Assembly: GCA_047624025.1 (NCBI GenBank)
Contig: JBLHPB010000002.1
Location: 910-64,909 of the forward strand
From: Zhongshania sp.
GTDB taxonomy: Bacteria; Pseudomonadota; Gammaproteobacteria; Pseudomonadales; Spongiibacteraceae
Reading direction: 5' to 3'
DNA: 64,000 bases
The position numbers were made by a program, and so were the translations under genes. Positions 20,054 through 29,988 of the stretch are shown here, in pieces (the first letter of the stretch is position 1; every line of letters begins with the position of its first letter). The notes under the pieces are model-generated. The model was not told where the DNA came from, ran no database searches, and was given only the letters and a program-made list of their open reading frames with translations.

Positions 20054-21191
20054 GGGCAGTGGCGTGCTCTGTTACAACGGGCGAATGGGCCGGGTGAATG
20101 GCAATCAAGCAGCGAAGGCGATTGCGACCAAAACTGGCCATATTGATAAAGGCATTGATGCTGATTGGCACATGCATAAAATCGGTTTCACTTTGCCAGC
20201 GGCTGTCATTGGTGTCAGGATCGCTAATATACACAAAATGCGCATCGGTTTTACTCACATAAACCCAGTGCGGCGCGCGGTTGCGGTTAAGTGCCCAAGT
20301 GCTGATGAGCGCCAGTAAATGATCGTGACGCTCAAGAATGTCACGAAACTGGCTGGGGCCCAAAGGGTTTGTCTCAATGAGTACCGGGTAGTTGGCTAGT
20401 TGCTCAACAAAGTCTTGGTGAACTAAATCTATAACTTGGCGTTTTTCCTCGCTGCGGACACTGTCAATAAAGGGCGTGCCACTGCGGTTGATATATAAGC
20501 TCACCCCAAAGCCTCTGCGTAGGGCCGATAGGGCCAAACCATGAGGAGAGCAGCCACCGTGGCCGGTGGTCATGAAAATAGTGGTTGCCTCCCGCCAAAT
20601 TTGCAATTCTTCACGACGGTCTAAGCTCGCCAGGGGGTCGATATCGCGCATTGCCATCATCAGGGCAGCGGGGCCGCAACTGAACTCAGTGGTTTGTCGA
20701 TAGTAAGACGGTGATGCGCTGATCGCCGTGTGAGTCTCGGCATGCAAGGGCTTTTCGAAGCGCAGTGCGTAGCGGCCATCCTCGTAATATTCGGCAATGC
20801 TATCAAAGGCCTGATAGCCTAGTTTTTTGTACACGGCGATGGCCGCAGGATTATCATCGCGCACCTCTAAACGAATAAACAGACAATCTCTTGCTCTGGC
20901 TTGGGCTTCGACATGCGCGATTAATTGCTGCGCCAAGCCCCGGCCTCTAAAGTCAGGATCAAGGGCAATCGAATAAAGCCGCGCCAGACTGGTACCGGTG
21001 CGAAATAGTACGATGCTGTAGCCTGCTAGCAGCCCACCGCAGTGCAGAACAGAGGTGGCGTGGGGGCCAGGTTTGATCAGGCTCTTAAAGCTGCGGCGCG
21101 ATAGTTTATCGCCACTGAAACAGCGGCTTTCAATGATCTCAAGGGAATCAAGATCCTGCTCGGTGGCAGCGCGGATGGAGCTTGTAGCCAT
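20043..21191 (-). CDS. GNAT acetyltransferase fused to a C39-like papain-fold peptidase (DUF3335)
   Basis: RimI-like GNAT (RLYSIA...RGRGLA, LEVR.DN..A...Y...GY) followed by QTTEFSCGPA, WREATTIFMTTGHGGC and PHWV. Confidence 0.9.
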   Translation of the reverse strand: MATSSIRAATEQDLDSLEIIESRCFSGDKLSRRSFKSLIKPGPHATSVLHCGGLLAGYSIVLFRTGTSLARLYSIALDPDFRGRGLAQQLIAHVEAQARARDCLFIRLEVRDDNPAAIAVYKKLGYQAFDSIAEYYEDGRYALRFEKPLHAETHTAISASPSYYRQTTEFSCGPAALMMAMRDIDPLASLDRREELQIWREATTIFMTTGHGGCSPHGLALSALRRGFGVSLYINRSGTPFIDSVRSEEKRQVIDLVHQDFVEQLANYPVLIETNPLGPSQFRDILERHDHLLALISTWALNRNRAPHWVYVSKTDAHFVYISDPDTNDSRWQSETDFMHVPISINAFINMASFGRNRLRCLIAIHPAHSPVVTEHATAHVK

Positions 21192-21415
21192 AAATCACTC
21201 AACAGCGAGGTTGTTCATATGAATTGTGGATGCCTAGGGACTAAATTGCCATTAACACGGCAAATTTCTGCGCTTCAAGGGGGATTTTGGCTTAGCTGTA
21301 AAAGAGGCGATCATACTGCGTAATATTTACTGATGACAATCATCTGGAGTGTATTGTTAATGGTATAAATTGCCTGCAGAATGCGAGCCATTGATGGCTT
21401 TTGTGCGAGATGAAA

Positions 21416-22885
21416 ATGTCACGGTTTTTTGTCGTTGTAGATGACCTGAAAGATTGGTCGCCTTATTGCCCCAGTCAGGATGTCATTACCTTTGATGACT
21501 ACTTGGAGCGAGTAGGTCAGAGCAGCGGCGAACGTGTGCGGGTCATTAATCTGTGCCGCAGCTATCGTTACTTGGGCACCGGTTATTATTGCTCACTATT
21601 GGCCGAAGCGCGCAATCATAATGTGTTGCCCTCGGTGACGACCTTGAGCGAGATTGCCCGTAAATCTTTGTCCGATATTATGCTGGAGGGAGTTGACGCA
21701 CTACTGGCCAAATTGCCAGCAGGAACTAACAGCGATACCCTGAGTTTCCGCAGTTGGTTTGGTGAAAGTTTGGCGCCGGAGTATGCGCCAATCACCAAGG
21801 CAGTGTTCGAACGTTTTCCCGCGCCTTTACTCGAAATCACCCTAGAGCTTAATAAAGGCCGCTGGCAGATTAAGAAGTTGCAAGTGGTGTCCTTAAAAAC
21901 TTTAAAACCGGGCGATGAACAGGAAGCCTTTGCCTCAACCTTTGAGCGCTTTAGCAGCAAAATGTGGCGCAAGCCCAAGGCGCGTAAAAGCTTTCGCTAC
22001 GACTTGGCGATATTGGTTGATCCTGAAGATAAGTTGCCACCGAGTGACAAGGGCGCGCTGCGTAAATTCGTCAAGGCCGCGGCTAATCTCGGTATTTCTG
22101 CAGAGATGATAACCAAGAAAGATTATCTCCGCCTGCCGGAATACGACGGCCTGTTTATTCGTGAAACCACCTCGGTGGATCATCACACTTACCGCTTTGC
22201 CAAAAAGGCCGCCGCCGAAGGCTTAGTAGTGATCGATGATCCCACCTCGATACTGCGTTGCACCAATAAAATATATTTGGCAGATCTGCTCAGCAGCCAC
22301 AAAGTACCCACACCGCGAACCGAAATTTTACGCCGCGACAATACCGAAGAGTTGCAACGTATTGCCGATACCCTTGGTTACCCCATTGTATTAAAAGTGC
22401 CAGATGGTGCTTTCTCAAGAGGTGTGGTGAAAGTAGAGGATTGGGACAGTCTGGTATCGGAAAGCAAACGCCTGCTAGATAAATCGGCGCTATTGCTGGC
22501 GCAGGAATTTATGTATACCGATTACGATTGGCGTATTGGCGTATTGGGCGGCAAGCCGCTGTTTGCCTGCCGTTATTATATGGTGCGTAATCACTGGCAA
22601 ATTTATAAACACAGCAGCAGTAAAAGTCAGTCCGGTGGTTTTGATACCATGCCAACTTATGATGTGCCTAAAAAAGTATTGGATGTGGCGGTCAAAGCCT
22701 GCAAATTAATCGGTGACGGTTTCTATGGCGTAGATGTCAAACAATCGGATAACCGCGTTGTGGTGATTGAGGTGAACGACAATCCCAGTATCGATTCAGG
22801 GGTTGAAGATTTATTTCTGGGTGATGGCCTCTACGACTCGGTCATGGAAGTGTTTTTGCGTCGGATGGAAAAACGTCGGCGCTAA
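21416..22885 (+). CDS. RimK-like ATP-grasp ligase with N-terminal RLAN domain
   Basis: VINLCRSY.YLG.GYYCSLLAEAR (RLAN), LFIRETT, CTNKIY, VLKVPDG.FSRGV, QEF..TDYDWRIG, EVNDNP. Confidence 0.92.
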   Translation: MSRFFVVVDDLKDWSPYCPSQDVITFDDYLERVGQSSGERVRVINLCRSYRYLGTGYYCSLLAEARNHNVLPSVTTLSEIARKSLSDIMLEGVDALLAKLPAGTNSDTLSFRSWFGESLAPEYAPITKAVFERFPAPLLEITLELNKGRWQIKKLQVVSLKTLKPGDEQEAFASTFERFSSKMWRKPKARKSFRYDLAILVDPEDKLPPSDKGALRKFVKAAANLGISAEMITKKDYLRLPEYDGLFIRETTSVDHHTYRFAKKAAAEGLVVIDDPTSILRCTNKIYLADLLSSHKVPTPRTEILRRDNTEELQRIADTLGYPIVLKVPDGAFSRGVVKVEDWDSLVSESKRLLDKSALLLAQEFMYTDYDWRIGVLGGKPLFACRYYMVRNHWQIYKHSSSKSQSGGFDTMPTYDVPKKVLDVAVKACKLIGDGFYGVDVKQSDNRVVVIEVNDNPSIDSGVEDLFLGDGLYDSVMEVFLRRMEKRRR

Positions 22886-23997
22886 TTGCCTGGCTGTAAT
22901 CCACATTGCGATAATAGTTTCTCCGCCAGCCTGACGTGTTCGCGCTGGGCGTTCTTGGCGGCGGTTAGTAAGGTATCTCTTTCGGTTTGCCAGCCAATGA
23001 ACGCGGCTGGAATGCTTAAGTCATTAGTATTCATGGCCGCGAGTAGGGTATTTTCGGTTTCTGCAATAATCTCCATCAGGGCAAATTGATGTTGATTGAT
23101 GGCGCTGGCCTGCTTTTGTAGTTGATCAATAAATACAGATCCCAAGGCCCCGCGAAAGTGTTCAGCCGCCGGAACAGGAGAGGGCTTAAGGCAAAGAGGC
23201 CTGCCCTTTATGCGCTGTTGAATAATATCACTGGCTGTCGTTAATCCCTTTAAGTTGATTAATTGGGCGGCGATAAGACTGCCACCGTTACCTAGCCGTA
23301 TTTCTCCTAGGGTGGATAAAATCGCATTGCTGTATTCCTGCCATACACTGGATGACCACTGCGCCATAGCTTGGGGCTGATTCAGCCATTGGCCTTGCCA
23401 GTCTTGCCAGCGTGCGAGAGCGGCAATGCTGGGGTCTTTGCCGCTGAGAGGATAATGACTCAGGCTCATGGGTTGGTGCCAAAGCTCCCTAAACTCGGGA
23501 CCGATAAAACTCGCGGAAAAAATTCTTGCTGGCAATTCTTTGCGTTTGAGTTCGGCGGCACTGCGCAATTGCGCTGCCAGCTCACCTAAACCCTCATTCT
23601 CAAGCGTTTGCAGGCAGGCAGGGGTTTGACTGATAAAGCGTAAATCAAATATTAATCGACTAGCAGCGTCAGCGTGACGACCAAGAATACTATTGCGCTG
23701 GGCAATGGTGTCGCGCAGGGCGCAGTTTCGCAAACGCAGAAAATCCAGTAAATCTATACCGCTATTATGAAATTCTAGGTCGACATCTCGGGTGCGGGGC
23801 AGGCGAGGAAAATTCACTTGCTCAAGCGCGGTTGATTTCCGCTGCAGCACGCGCTCCAAGCGGTTGTGGTAGTCCCGCCATTGTTTATCAAGGGTGTTTG
23901 GCTCAGTACAGGCGCTGGCAGCAATAGCCAATACTAGTAGCAGTAAGCGGAGGCTGAGCCTTACTACTTGATGTTTGTTGAGCGGCAAGGCATTCAC
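22882..23997 (-). CDS. DUF3080-like lipoprotein
   Basis: Lipobox ASAC; Y..RL.RVL, LR.C.L...IA.RNS.LG, ending QCG. Confidence 0.75.
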   Translation of the reverse strand: MNALPLNKHQVVRLSLRLLLLVLAIAASACTEPNTLDKQWRDYHNRLERVLQRKSTALEQVNFPRLPRTRDVDLEFHNSGIDLLDFLRLRNCALRDTIAQRNSILGRHADAASRLIFDLRFISQTPACLQTLENEGLGELAAQLRSAAELKRKELPARIFSASFIGPEFRELWHQPMSLSHYPLSGKDPSIAALARWQDWQGQWLNQPQAMAQWSSSVWQEYSNAILSTLGEIRLGNGGSLIAAQLINLKGLTTASDIIQQRIKGRPLCLKPSPVPAAEHFRGALGSVFIDQLQKQASAINQHQFALMEIIAETENTLLAAMNTNDLSIPAAFIGWQTERDTLLTAAKNAQREHVRLAEKLLSQCGLQPGN

Positions 23998-24563
23998 GGC
24001 TTGGCGAGCAGTTCCGTTATCGCCTTGCGCAACGAGGCTGTGTCTGGGGTGGTCGCGGAGCTGAAACTACTTGCCGAGCCAGTACTGGGGTCGAAGATAT
24101 ATTTATAAAAATTCCATTTTGGCGCCGTGCCACTTGCCTCGGCGACCAGGCTCAGTAATGGGTCTGGGGTGTCGCAGCGAATACACGATTTATGAAAAAC
24201 CGGAAAACTTACACCGAAATTGGCATGGCAGACCTTGGCAGTTTTACTGGCATCATCATATTCTTGGCCGCCAAAGTCGGCGGTAGGCACGCCAAGCACC
24301 AATAAACCCCGGCCTTTAAACTCCTGATATAACTTTTCCAAACCCTCAAACTGTGGCGTAAAGCCACACATACTGGCGGTATTCACCACCAACACCGCTT
24401 TGGCGCTAAGCACTGTGTCACATAGATTGAGACTGCCCGCCTCAAGAGTAGGGCGAATTTTTTTTAGATATTCTGGGCACTGCCATGACAGCGCGGTTTG
24501 GCTATATGAAATCCAAGCGATGAAGCCCAGTAGTGTGTAAAAAAGACGGCGTTTGGAAACCAT
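23994..24563 (-). CDS. Glutathione peroxidase family protein (Cys-type) with signal peptide
   Basis: VNTASMCGFTPQF, GGQE, PKWNFYKY; start placed at ATG 24563. Confidence 0.9.
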   Translation of the reverse strand: MVSKRRLFYTLLGFIAWISYSQTALSWQCPEYLKKIRPTLEAGSLNLCDTVLSAKAVLVVNTASMCGFTPQFEGLEKLYQEFKGRGLLVLGVPTADFGGQEYDDASKTAKVCHANFGVSFPVFHKSCIRCDTPDPLLSLVAEASGTAPKWNFYKYIFDPSTGSASSFSSATTPDTASLRKAITELLAKP

Positions 24564-24768
24564 AACATCACCTGAGTCTAAAGTCGTAAAGGCTATACGA
24601 GGTTTTGCGCTCAATTGTGCAAACGTAGTAATACTATATACCAATACAAATCAGGTTCGGATCAAGGTTTGGCAAAATACGAGTATTTATACTGGTTTAG
24701 ACTCAGCGAGTAGTCCAGCGATGGGGACATGACTGCTGGAAGAAGCATCGCTTACAATTTTTAAACCG

Positions 24769-24797
24769 AAAAAAGAGGCGGCATCGCCAGCCTCTTT
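24769..24797 (-). terminator. Terminator after the acyltransferase gene
   Basis: AAAGAGGC...GCCTCTTT hairpin with an A run on the + strand. Confidence 0.6.
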
Positions 24798-24816
24798 AAC
24801 TTCAGGTCAAGGGTGT

Positions 24817-25692
24817 TTACTTGGTCAGTAAGCGTCGTATCCAAGCACCCTGTAATTTTTCTTGATCACGTAACTCAAGCAGAGTTGGTATCATGCCATT
24901 GATGCCGTCGGCGACTTGCTGACGTAAATTGATCATGGTCTTTTTGGCGAGTGGTTTGCCTTTGTACTTACTGAGGTCCACCGGGGCGGAAAATTGTAGA
25001 TAGCATTTTTGCGGCTTGGGAATCAGTGTGCCAAATACGCCAGCGGGCAGGGGGCCAATCAAGTCAGTGCGGGTATTTTCGGTGAGGATGCCGACTTTTC
25101 TTAGGGCGCGACCAAGCAAGGTGTTGGGTAGATCCTTGCCTTCAATATAATGGCTGTAAAAGTCGTCAGGGCCGACTATAGCGGTGGGTACAATGGTATA
25201 GCCATGTTTTGCTGCAAGTTTGATAAATCCGTAGCGCTCTTTCCAGAGCAGGGTATATTTTTGGTCGGCAGACTTGGTTGCCTCATGGGCGCCACCGGGA
25301 AAGACCAGAAGGTCGTTGCCGTTTTCCATCAGTGCAGTACAAACGCCGGGATGGCCAATGACTATGCCCTGCTTGAGCAAGAAGTTTTCATTCAGTGAAT
25401 TCCACATGAATTTGTCACTTAATGGGCGTAGAAAGCGGTTTAATTCCGCCATCATCGACGTGCCAATGATCGGTCCGTCAACCGCGTACATGGCATGGTT
25501 GGCAATGAACAGACAGGGTTTGTTAGGGATGTTTTTTGTGTCGATAAGCTGGGGATTAAATACACGCTTGATCAGTTTGTAGCCAAGTTTCTTTTTGAGA
25601 TATTTAGGGGCTTTAACCTTTAAGGCCTTGTCGATATAGCGAATAAGGTCGTCACCGCTATAGGGTTCAGCATTTTTGTCAGTAAAAGCCAT
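24817..25692 (-). CDS. Lysophospholipid/diacylglycerol acyltransferase (PlsC/DGAT-like)
   Basis: NHAMYAVD (HX4D-like), VFPGG..E, GFIKLA...G..IVP. Confidence 0.88.
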   Translation of the reverse strand: MAFTDKNAEPYSGDDLIRYIDKALKVKAPKYLKKKLGYKLIKRVFNPQLIDTKNIPNKPCLFIANHAMYAVDGPIIGTSMMAELNRFLRPLSDKFMWNSLNENFLLKQGIVIGHPGVCTALMENGNDLLVFPGGAHEATKSADQKYTLLWKERYGFIKLAAKHGYTIVPTAIVGPDDFYSHYIEGKDLPNTLLGRALRKVGILTENTRTDLIGPLPAGVFGTLIPKPQKCYLQFSAPVDLSKYKGKPLAKKTMINLRQQVADGINGMIPTLLELRDQEKLQGAWIRRLLTK

Positions 25693-25766
25693 GTGGTGAT
25701 CCTGTGGTAGAGGTGAATATTAACTAAGCCCTGATGAATAATTGTTTAGGGCTTTTTAGTGTATTT

Positions 25767-26477
25767 TTAATAAAACAGACGGCCGATCAACGTCGATACC
25801 GCAGTTTCAGTTTTTAGGATACGCGGTCCAAGAGTGAAACCCTGCATGCCAGCCTCAATCAGTTTTTCACATTCATAGGGAATAAATCCCCCTTCCGGGC
25901 CTATGGCGAGCACGCAGGCTTGATCTACTTTTGTGGGTGTGGCTATTGCTGCGTAGGGGTGGGCAAGTAGGCCAAGCTTGCCTTTAAGTAAACCGGGTAA
26001 TTCGTCTTCTACGAAAGGTTTGAAGCGCGGTGCGCGGTGCAGCCTAGGTAAAATGGTGTCACCGGCTTGCTCAAGTCCTTCGACCATGGCGTTAAGCAAG
26101 GTTTGGTCACTGACAAGAGGGCTTTGCCAATAGCTTTTGTCTACCCGAAAGCTATTGAGCAGGATGATATCAGCGACACCTAGTTCGGTGGCTGCGCGAA
26201 TAATGCGCCGCGCCATTTTGGGTCGAGGTAGCGCTAGCAGAAGCGTAAGCGGCAGTTTTGCGGGTGGTGGGCTGTGTAATTCAAATGTAAGGCTGACGGT
26301 ATCGCCGTCGTTAGCCGTGATTTCAGCTTGGCCAATTTGGCCGTTGAGCAGACCGACTTTAAGCTTGTCGCCGCACTGAGCTTTCAGAACTTGGTGAATA
26401 TGTCGGGCGCGCTCGTCGCAGAGCGTCACCCGATTATCATTGCCGAGATCTTGTGGCCGCAGCAGCAACAGGTTCAT
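25767..26477 (-). CDS. rsmE: 16S rRNA m3U1498 methyltransferase
   Basis: H...VLK, ELGV, EQAG, IGPEGGF, LGPRILKTETA; ATG overlaps the rimO stop. Confidence 0.92.
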   Translation of the reverse strand: MNLLLLRPQDLGNDNRVTLCDERARHIHQVLKAQCGDKLKVGLLNGQIGQAEITANDGDTVSLTFELHSPPPAKLPLTLLLALPRPKMARRIIRAATELGVADIILLNSFRVDKSYWQSPLVSDQTLLNAMVEGLEQAGDTILPRLHRAPRFKPFVEDELPGLLKGKLGLLAHPYAAIATPTKVDQACVLAIGPEGGFIPYECEKLIEAGMQGFTLGPRILKTETAVSTLIGRLFY

Positions 26478-27790
26478 TAGGCTGGCTCGGCCCACAGATC
26501 GTAGTCGTCAGAATCGATAATATTGACCACCATGGCATCGCCGGGTTTGACGTCGGTGAAGCCGTCTAAATAGACCTTACCATCGATTTCCGGGGCGTCG
26601 GCGACACTGCGGCCAATAGCGCCTTCTTCATCGACAGTATCGATAAGGATTTCCTGCTGGGTGCCGATTTTGGCGCGCAGGCGTTGGGCGGAAATTTTTT
26701 GGGCAACAATCATAAAACGCTGCCAGCGATCTTTTTTGACGTCATCGGGAACGTGGTCTTCCAGTTCGTTGGCGGTGGCGCCTTCTACAGGCGAGTATTC
26801 AAAGCAGCCAACTCGATCGAGCTGAGCTTCTTTTAGCCAATCTAGCAGAATCTGGAAGTCTTCTTCAGTCTCGCCGGGGAAGCCGACAATAAAGGTTGAG
26901 CGAATAACTAAGTCCGGACAGATTTCACGCCATTTCTTGATACGATCCAAGGTCTTTTCCTGATGCGCAGGGCGTTTCATGGCTTTCAGGATTTTGTGGC
27001 TGGCGTGCTGAAAGGGAATGTCCAAATAGGGCAAAATTTTGCCTTCGGCCATCAAGGGAATAACATTGTCGACATGGGGGTAGGGGTAAACATAGTGCAA
27101 ACGCACCCACACGCCCATTTCGCCCAGCGCCTCACACAGCTCCAGCATACGGGTTTTGATGGGACGGCCATTCCAAAAATCGAGTTTATACTTGGTGTCT
27201 AGTCCGTAGGCACTGGTGTCTTGGGATACCACTAGAATTTCGCGAACCCCGGCATCGACCAGGCGCTTAGCCTCTTCCAGTACGCTGCCAATCGGACGAC
27301 TGACCAAATCGCCACGCATAGACGGAATAATACAAAAGCTACAGCGATGGTTGCAGCCTTCGGAAATTTTCAGGTAGGCATAGTGTCGCGGTGTGAGTTT
27401 AATACCCTGAGGTGGCACCAAGTCGATAAAGGGGTCGTGGTTTTTCACCGCTGGCGCCCATTCGTGTACGGCGCCAACCACTTCTTCATAGGCAGCGGGG
27501 CCGCTGACGGCCAAGACATTGGGGTGCACGGCGCGGATTTTAGCGTCATCGCCTAAACAGCCGGTGACGATGACCTTGCCGTTTTCTTTCAGGGCTTCGC
27601 CAATGGCGTCTAAGGATTCCTGCTTGGCGCTGTCGATAAAGCCACAGGTATTGACCACGACCACGTCGGCATCGTCATAAGTGGGAACGATTTCGTAGCC
27701 ATCCATACGCAGCTGGGTAAGAATGCGCTCTGAGTCCACCAGTGCTTTGGGGCAGCCGAGACTGATGAAACCGACTTTGGGATTGGTCAT
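26477..27790 (-). CDS. rimO: Ribosomal protein S12 methylthiotransferase
   Basis: [26 protein letters not shown] radical SAM motif, TRAM domain (DAPEIDG). Confidence 0.97.
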   Translation of the reverse strand: MTNPKVGFISLGCPKALVDSERILTQLRMDGYEIVPTYDDADVVVVNTCGFIDSAKQESLDAIGEALKENGKVIVTGCLGDDAKIRAVHPNVLAVSGPAAYEEVVGAVHEWAPAVKNHDPFIDLVPPQGIKLTPRHYAYLKISEGCNHRCSFCIIPSMRGDLVSRPIGSVLEEAKRLVDAGVREILVVSQDTSAYGLDTKYKLDFWNGRPIKTRMLELCEALGEMGVWVRLHYVYPYPHVDNVIPLMAEGKILPYLDIPFQHASHKILKAMKRPAHQEKTLDRIKKWREICPDLVIRSTFIVGFPGETEEDFQILLDWLKEAQLDRVGCFEYSPVEGATANELEDHVPDDVKKDRWQRFMIVAQKISAQRLRAKIGTQQEILIDTVDEEGAIGRSVADAPEIDGKVYLDGFTDVKPGDAMVVNIIDSDDYDLWAEPA

Positions 27791-27974
27791 AGAAACCTCT
27801 GAATTGCTTTAAGCGCGGCATTTTACCGGATTGCTGCGCCATAGCCTATGATTGTTAATGTGACTTTGCGGTATTGTCTGCTTATGTGTTTGGATATAGA
27901 TGGTAAACCCTTGGAACTGGACTTTACTGCAGTGGTCAGTTTTAGCTTGATTGGCATTCACTTGGAGTGAGGCT

Positions 27975-28241
27975 ATGACAGCTGCGATTGAATTGCTAAA
28001 AAAGCATAAAATTCGCTTTTTAGTATATGAGTACAAGCACGAGTCAGACAGTAGTGCTTATGGCTTGGAAGCCGTTGATAAGCTGGGTTTAGATCCGGCG
28101 CAGGTGTTTAAGCCCTTGGTGGCAGCAGAGAATGCGGGGCTTGCGGTTGCTGTGGTGGCAGTGTCGGAGCAATTCAATCTGAAAGCGATGGCTGCAGCCA
28201 TGCACCGGGAAAAGCTCGCGATGGCCGCACCTGCGGATTAG
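27975..28241 (+). pseudogene. ybaK: Truncated YbaK/EbsC Cys-tRNA(Pro) deacylase
   Basis: 88 aa matching the YbaK N-half (Y.H...YG.EA...LG.D..QVFKPLV; canonical KTL reads KPL); stops before the GY..GGISP and GRRG motifs. Confidence 0.75.
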
Positions 28242-28373
28242 TATTTCTGACCGCGATAAAAATAAGCCACATATATAAAGCGGGTGCGGCTAGTCTCCAC
28301 GGTGGAGTATTATTTGTCAGATTAAATCTGCCACGCGGCTGTTCGCGTGGCGAGAATAATAAGAGGGTGATTC

Positions 28374-29129
28374 ATGCTCAGTTCAATAAGGCGTTTTGGC
28401 GGGCTTGCGGCAATGTTGTTTGCCAGTGTGCTTTGGGCCGAGGTCGTCGGCGAAACGGATTGGCAAAATGCCTATTTGGCGCAGCGCGAAGCCTTGACCC
28501 TTAATGCCGTACCGGATGGTTTTAAAGCGGGTTTAACCTCTATAGCCGCCCAACAAAAATTCCAATCTGATCGTGCGATTTATGGCGTTTTACCGGCAGG
28601 ATCCCGATTGGATTCTCAAGGTATAGTTCATCTCTCGGTATTTGGTCGGGGCATGATAGAGCTGGAATTGGCCTTTAGGTTAAAGCAAGCAGTCATTACC
28701 CCGATAGTCGACATTAGCAGCTTAAAATTGCTGGTGGCTGACATAGCGCCTGCGTTGGAATTGCCCGACTTAGGTTTTCTGGCTGGTAAAAAAAGCGGCG
28801 TTTTGGATATTGTGCGCGGCAATGTGGCGGCACATAGTTTTGTGCTTGGCCAGGCGCAGCCGCTATTGGGTCTTGATCTAAATGCTCTAGACGTTGTTCT
28901 GCGCCGCGATGGCAAGGTGGTGGTGTCGGCCTTGAGCGGCGAGCTAGCGGGCGGCCAATGGCAGAACTTGTTGGATTTGATCAATGATCGGGTGCAGCGC
29001 GGCTGGATAATTCAGCCTGATCAATGGTTGTTGACCGGGGCCATTGGCGGCATGAAGCTATTGCAGCCCGGACGCTATGAAGCCAGCATTGCCGGGCTGA
29101 ATAAGCTGGCCATTCAGCTTGAACCTTAA
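28374..29129 (+). CDS. 2-keto-4-pentenoate hydratase-like (FAH superfamily) protein with signal peptide
   Basis: GFKAGLTS, IELELAF, PALELPD, LLTGA; N-terminal Sec-type signal. Confidence 0.8.
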   Translation: MLSSIRRFGGLAAMLFASVLWAEVVGETDWQNAYLAQREALTLNAVPDGFKAGLTSIAAQQKFQSDRAIYGVLPAGSRLDSQGIVHLSVFGRGMIELELAFRLKQAVITPIVDISSLKLLVADIAPALELPDLGFLAGKKSGVLDIVRGNVAAHSFVLGQAQPLLGLDLNALDVVLRRDGKVVVSALSGELAGGQWQNLLDLINDRVQRGWIIQPDQWLLTGAIGGMKLLQPGRYEASIAGLNKLAIQLEP

Positions 29130-29144
29130 TTTGCTTAGCCGGCT

Positions 29145-29651
29145 CTAGACTTCTAAGCTTGTTTCAGCGCAGAAATGGCGCACTTGCAAACCGCTTTTGC
29201 GCAGCGCGCTGAGTAATTTGCGACTGTCGTCTTTGTTTAAAAAGCCGCCAACACAGACGTATTCACCGCAGTGACTGATGCTGATTTGCAAGGGGTCCCA
29301 AGGGTGGGGCAATTCGGTGACCAGAACACAGCTATTTTGTCTAGGCCACTGCCACTGGTGTTCACAGGTCTTATGGCCTAAAGAAATGCGCAGGTTTTGA
29401 GGGTTAACACTGACTATTTGGCGAATTTGCAGTTTGCGAAAAGTGCTACTCAATATCAGGTAAAAAAGCATGAGTTCCAAGCCCATAAAGGGCAGTACCA
29501 GCCAGGCGCCGTGGGCGATAAAAAACAGTCCGCAGATGGCGTTGAATGTCAGAATGGCTTTAAAAATACGGACATTGTCCGGCCAGCTCGCCGAGCAATT
29601 GGGGCTGAGGATGATGTCTGACTGTTGGCCTTGCTCGCGGATATCAATCAT
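29145..29651 (-). CDS. DUF2244-like membrane protein
   Basis: L.PNCS, GAWLVLPFMGLE, GGFL...S..L. Confidence 0.8.
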   Translation of the reverse strand: MIDIREQGQQSDIILSPNCSASWPDNVRIFKAILTFNAICGLFFIAHGAWLVLPFMGLELMLFYLILSSTFRKLQIRQIVSVNPQNLRISLGHKTCEHQWQWPRQNSCVLVTELPHPWDPLQISISHCGEYVCVGGFLNKDDSRKLLSALRKSGLQVRHFCAETSLEV

Positions 29652-29988
29652 AGCCTGGTCTCCGATGTTACCTTGAGTCTAGCAGTACAAGTTTGGTTTT
29701 GCCGCTAACTATATGCTCAATATTTTAAACCTTGCGACAAAACATAAGGAGCTTGGTGGTGCGAGTTTGGCAGCGACGATAGTCATGACTGTGACGGACA
29801 ATGGCGCCGGCGTAGTTTCTGCCGCTGACTTTTTATTGTTACCCTAAGTTGCCTAGGGTGTCGTGCAGTCATGTTGTTATGCTGTGGCCATTCTTATTCT
29901 TTTACTAATACCTTGTCAGGGAAAAATATGCGTTTGTCTTCTGGTGAAATTCCATTCTGTGCTCAGCAAGCTTTTGCCTGTGGGGTGA

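Noticed and set aside
21339-21350. 12-mer ATCATCTGGAGT shared with 55667-55678
   Set aside because: Exact 12-mer pairs are expected by chance in 64 kb, and the second copy overlaps an RBS.
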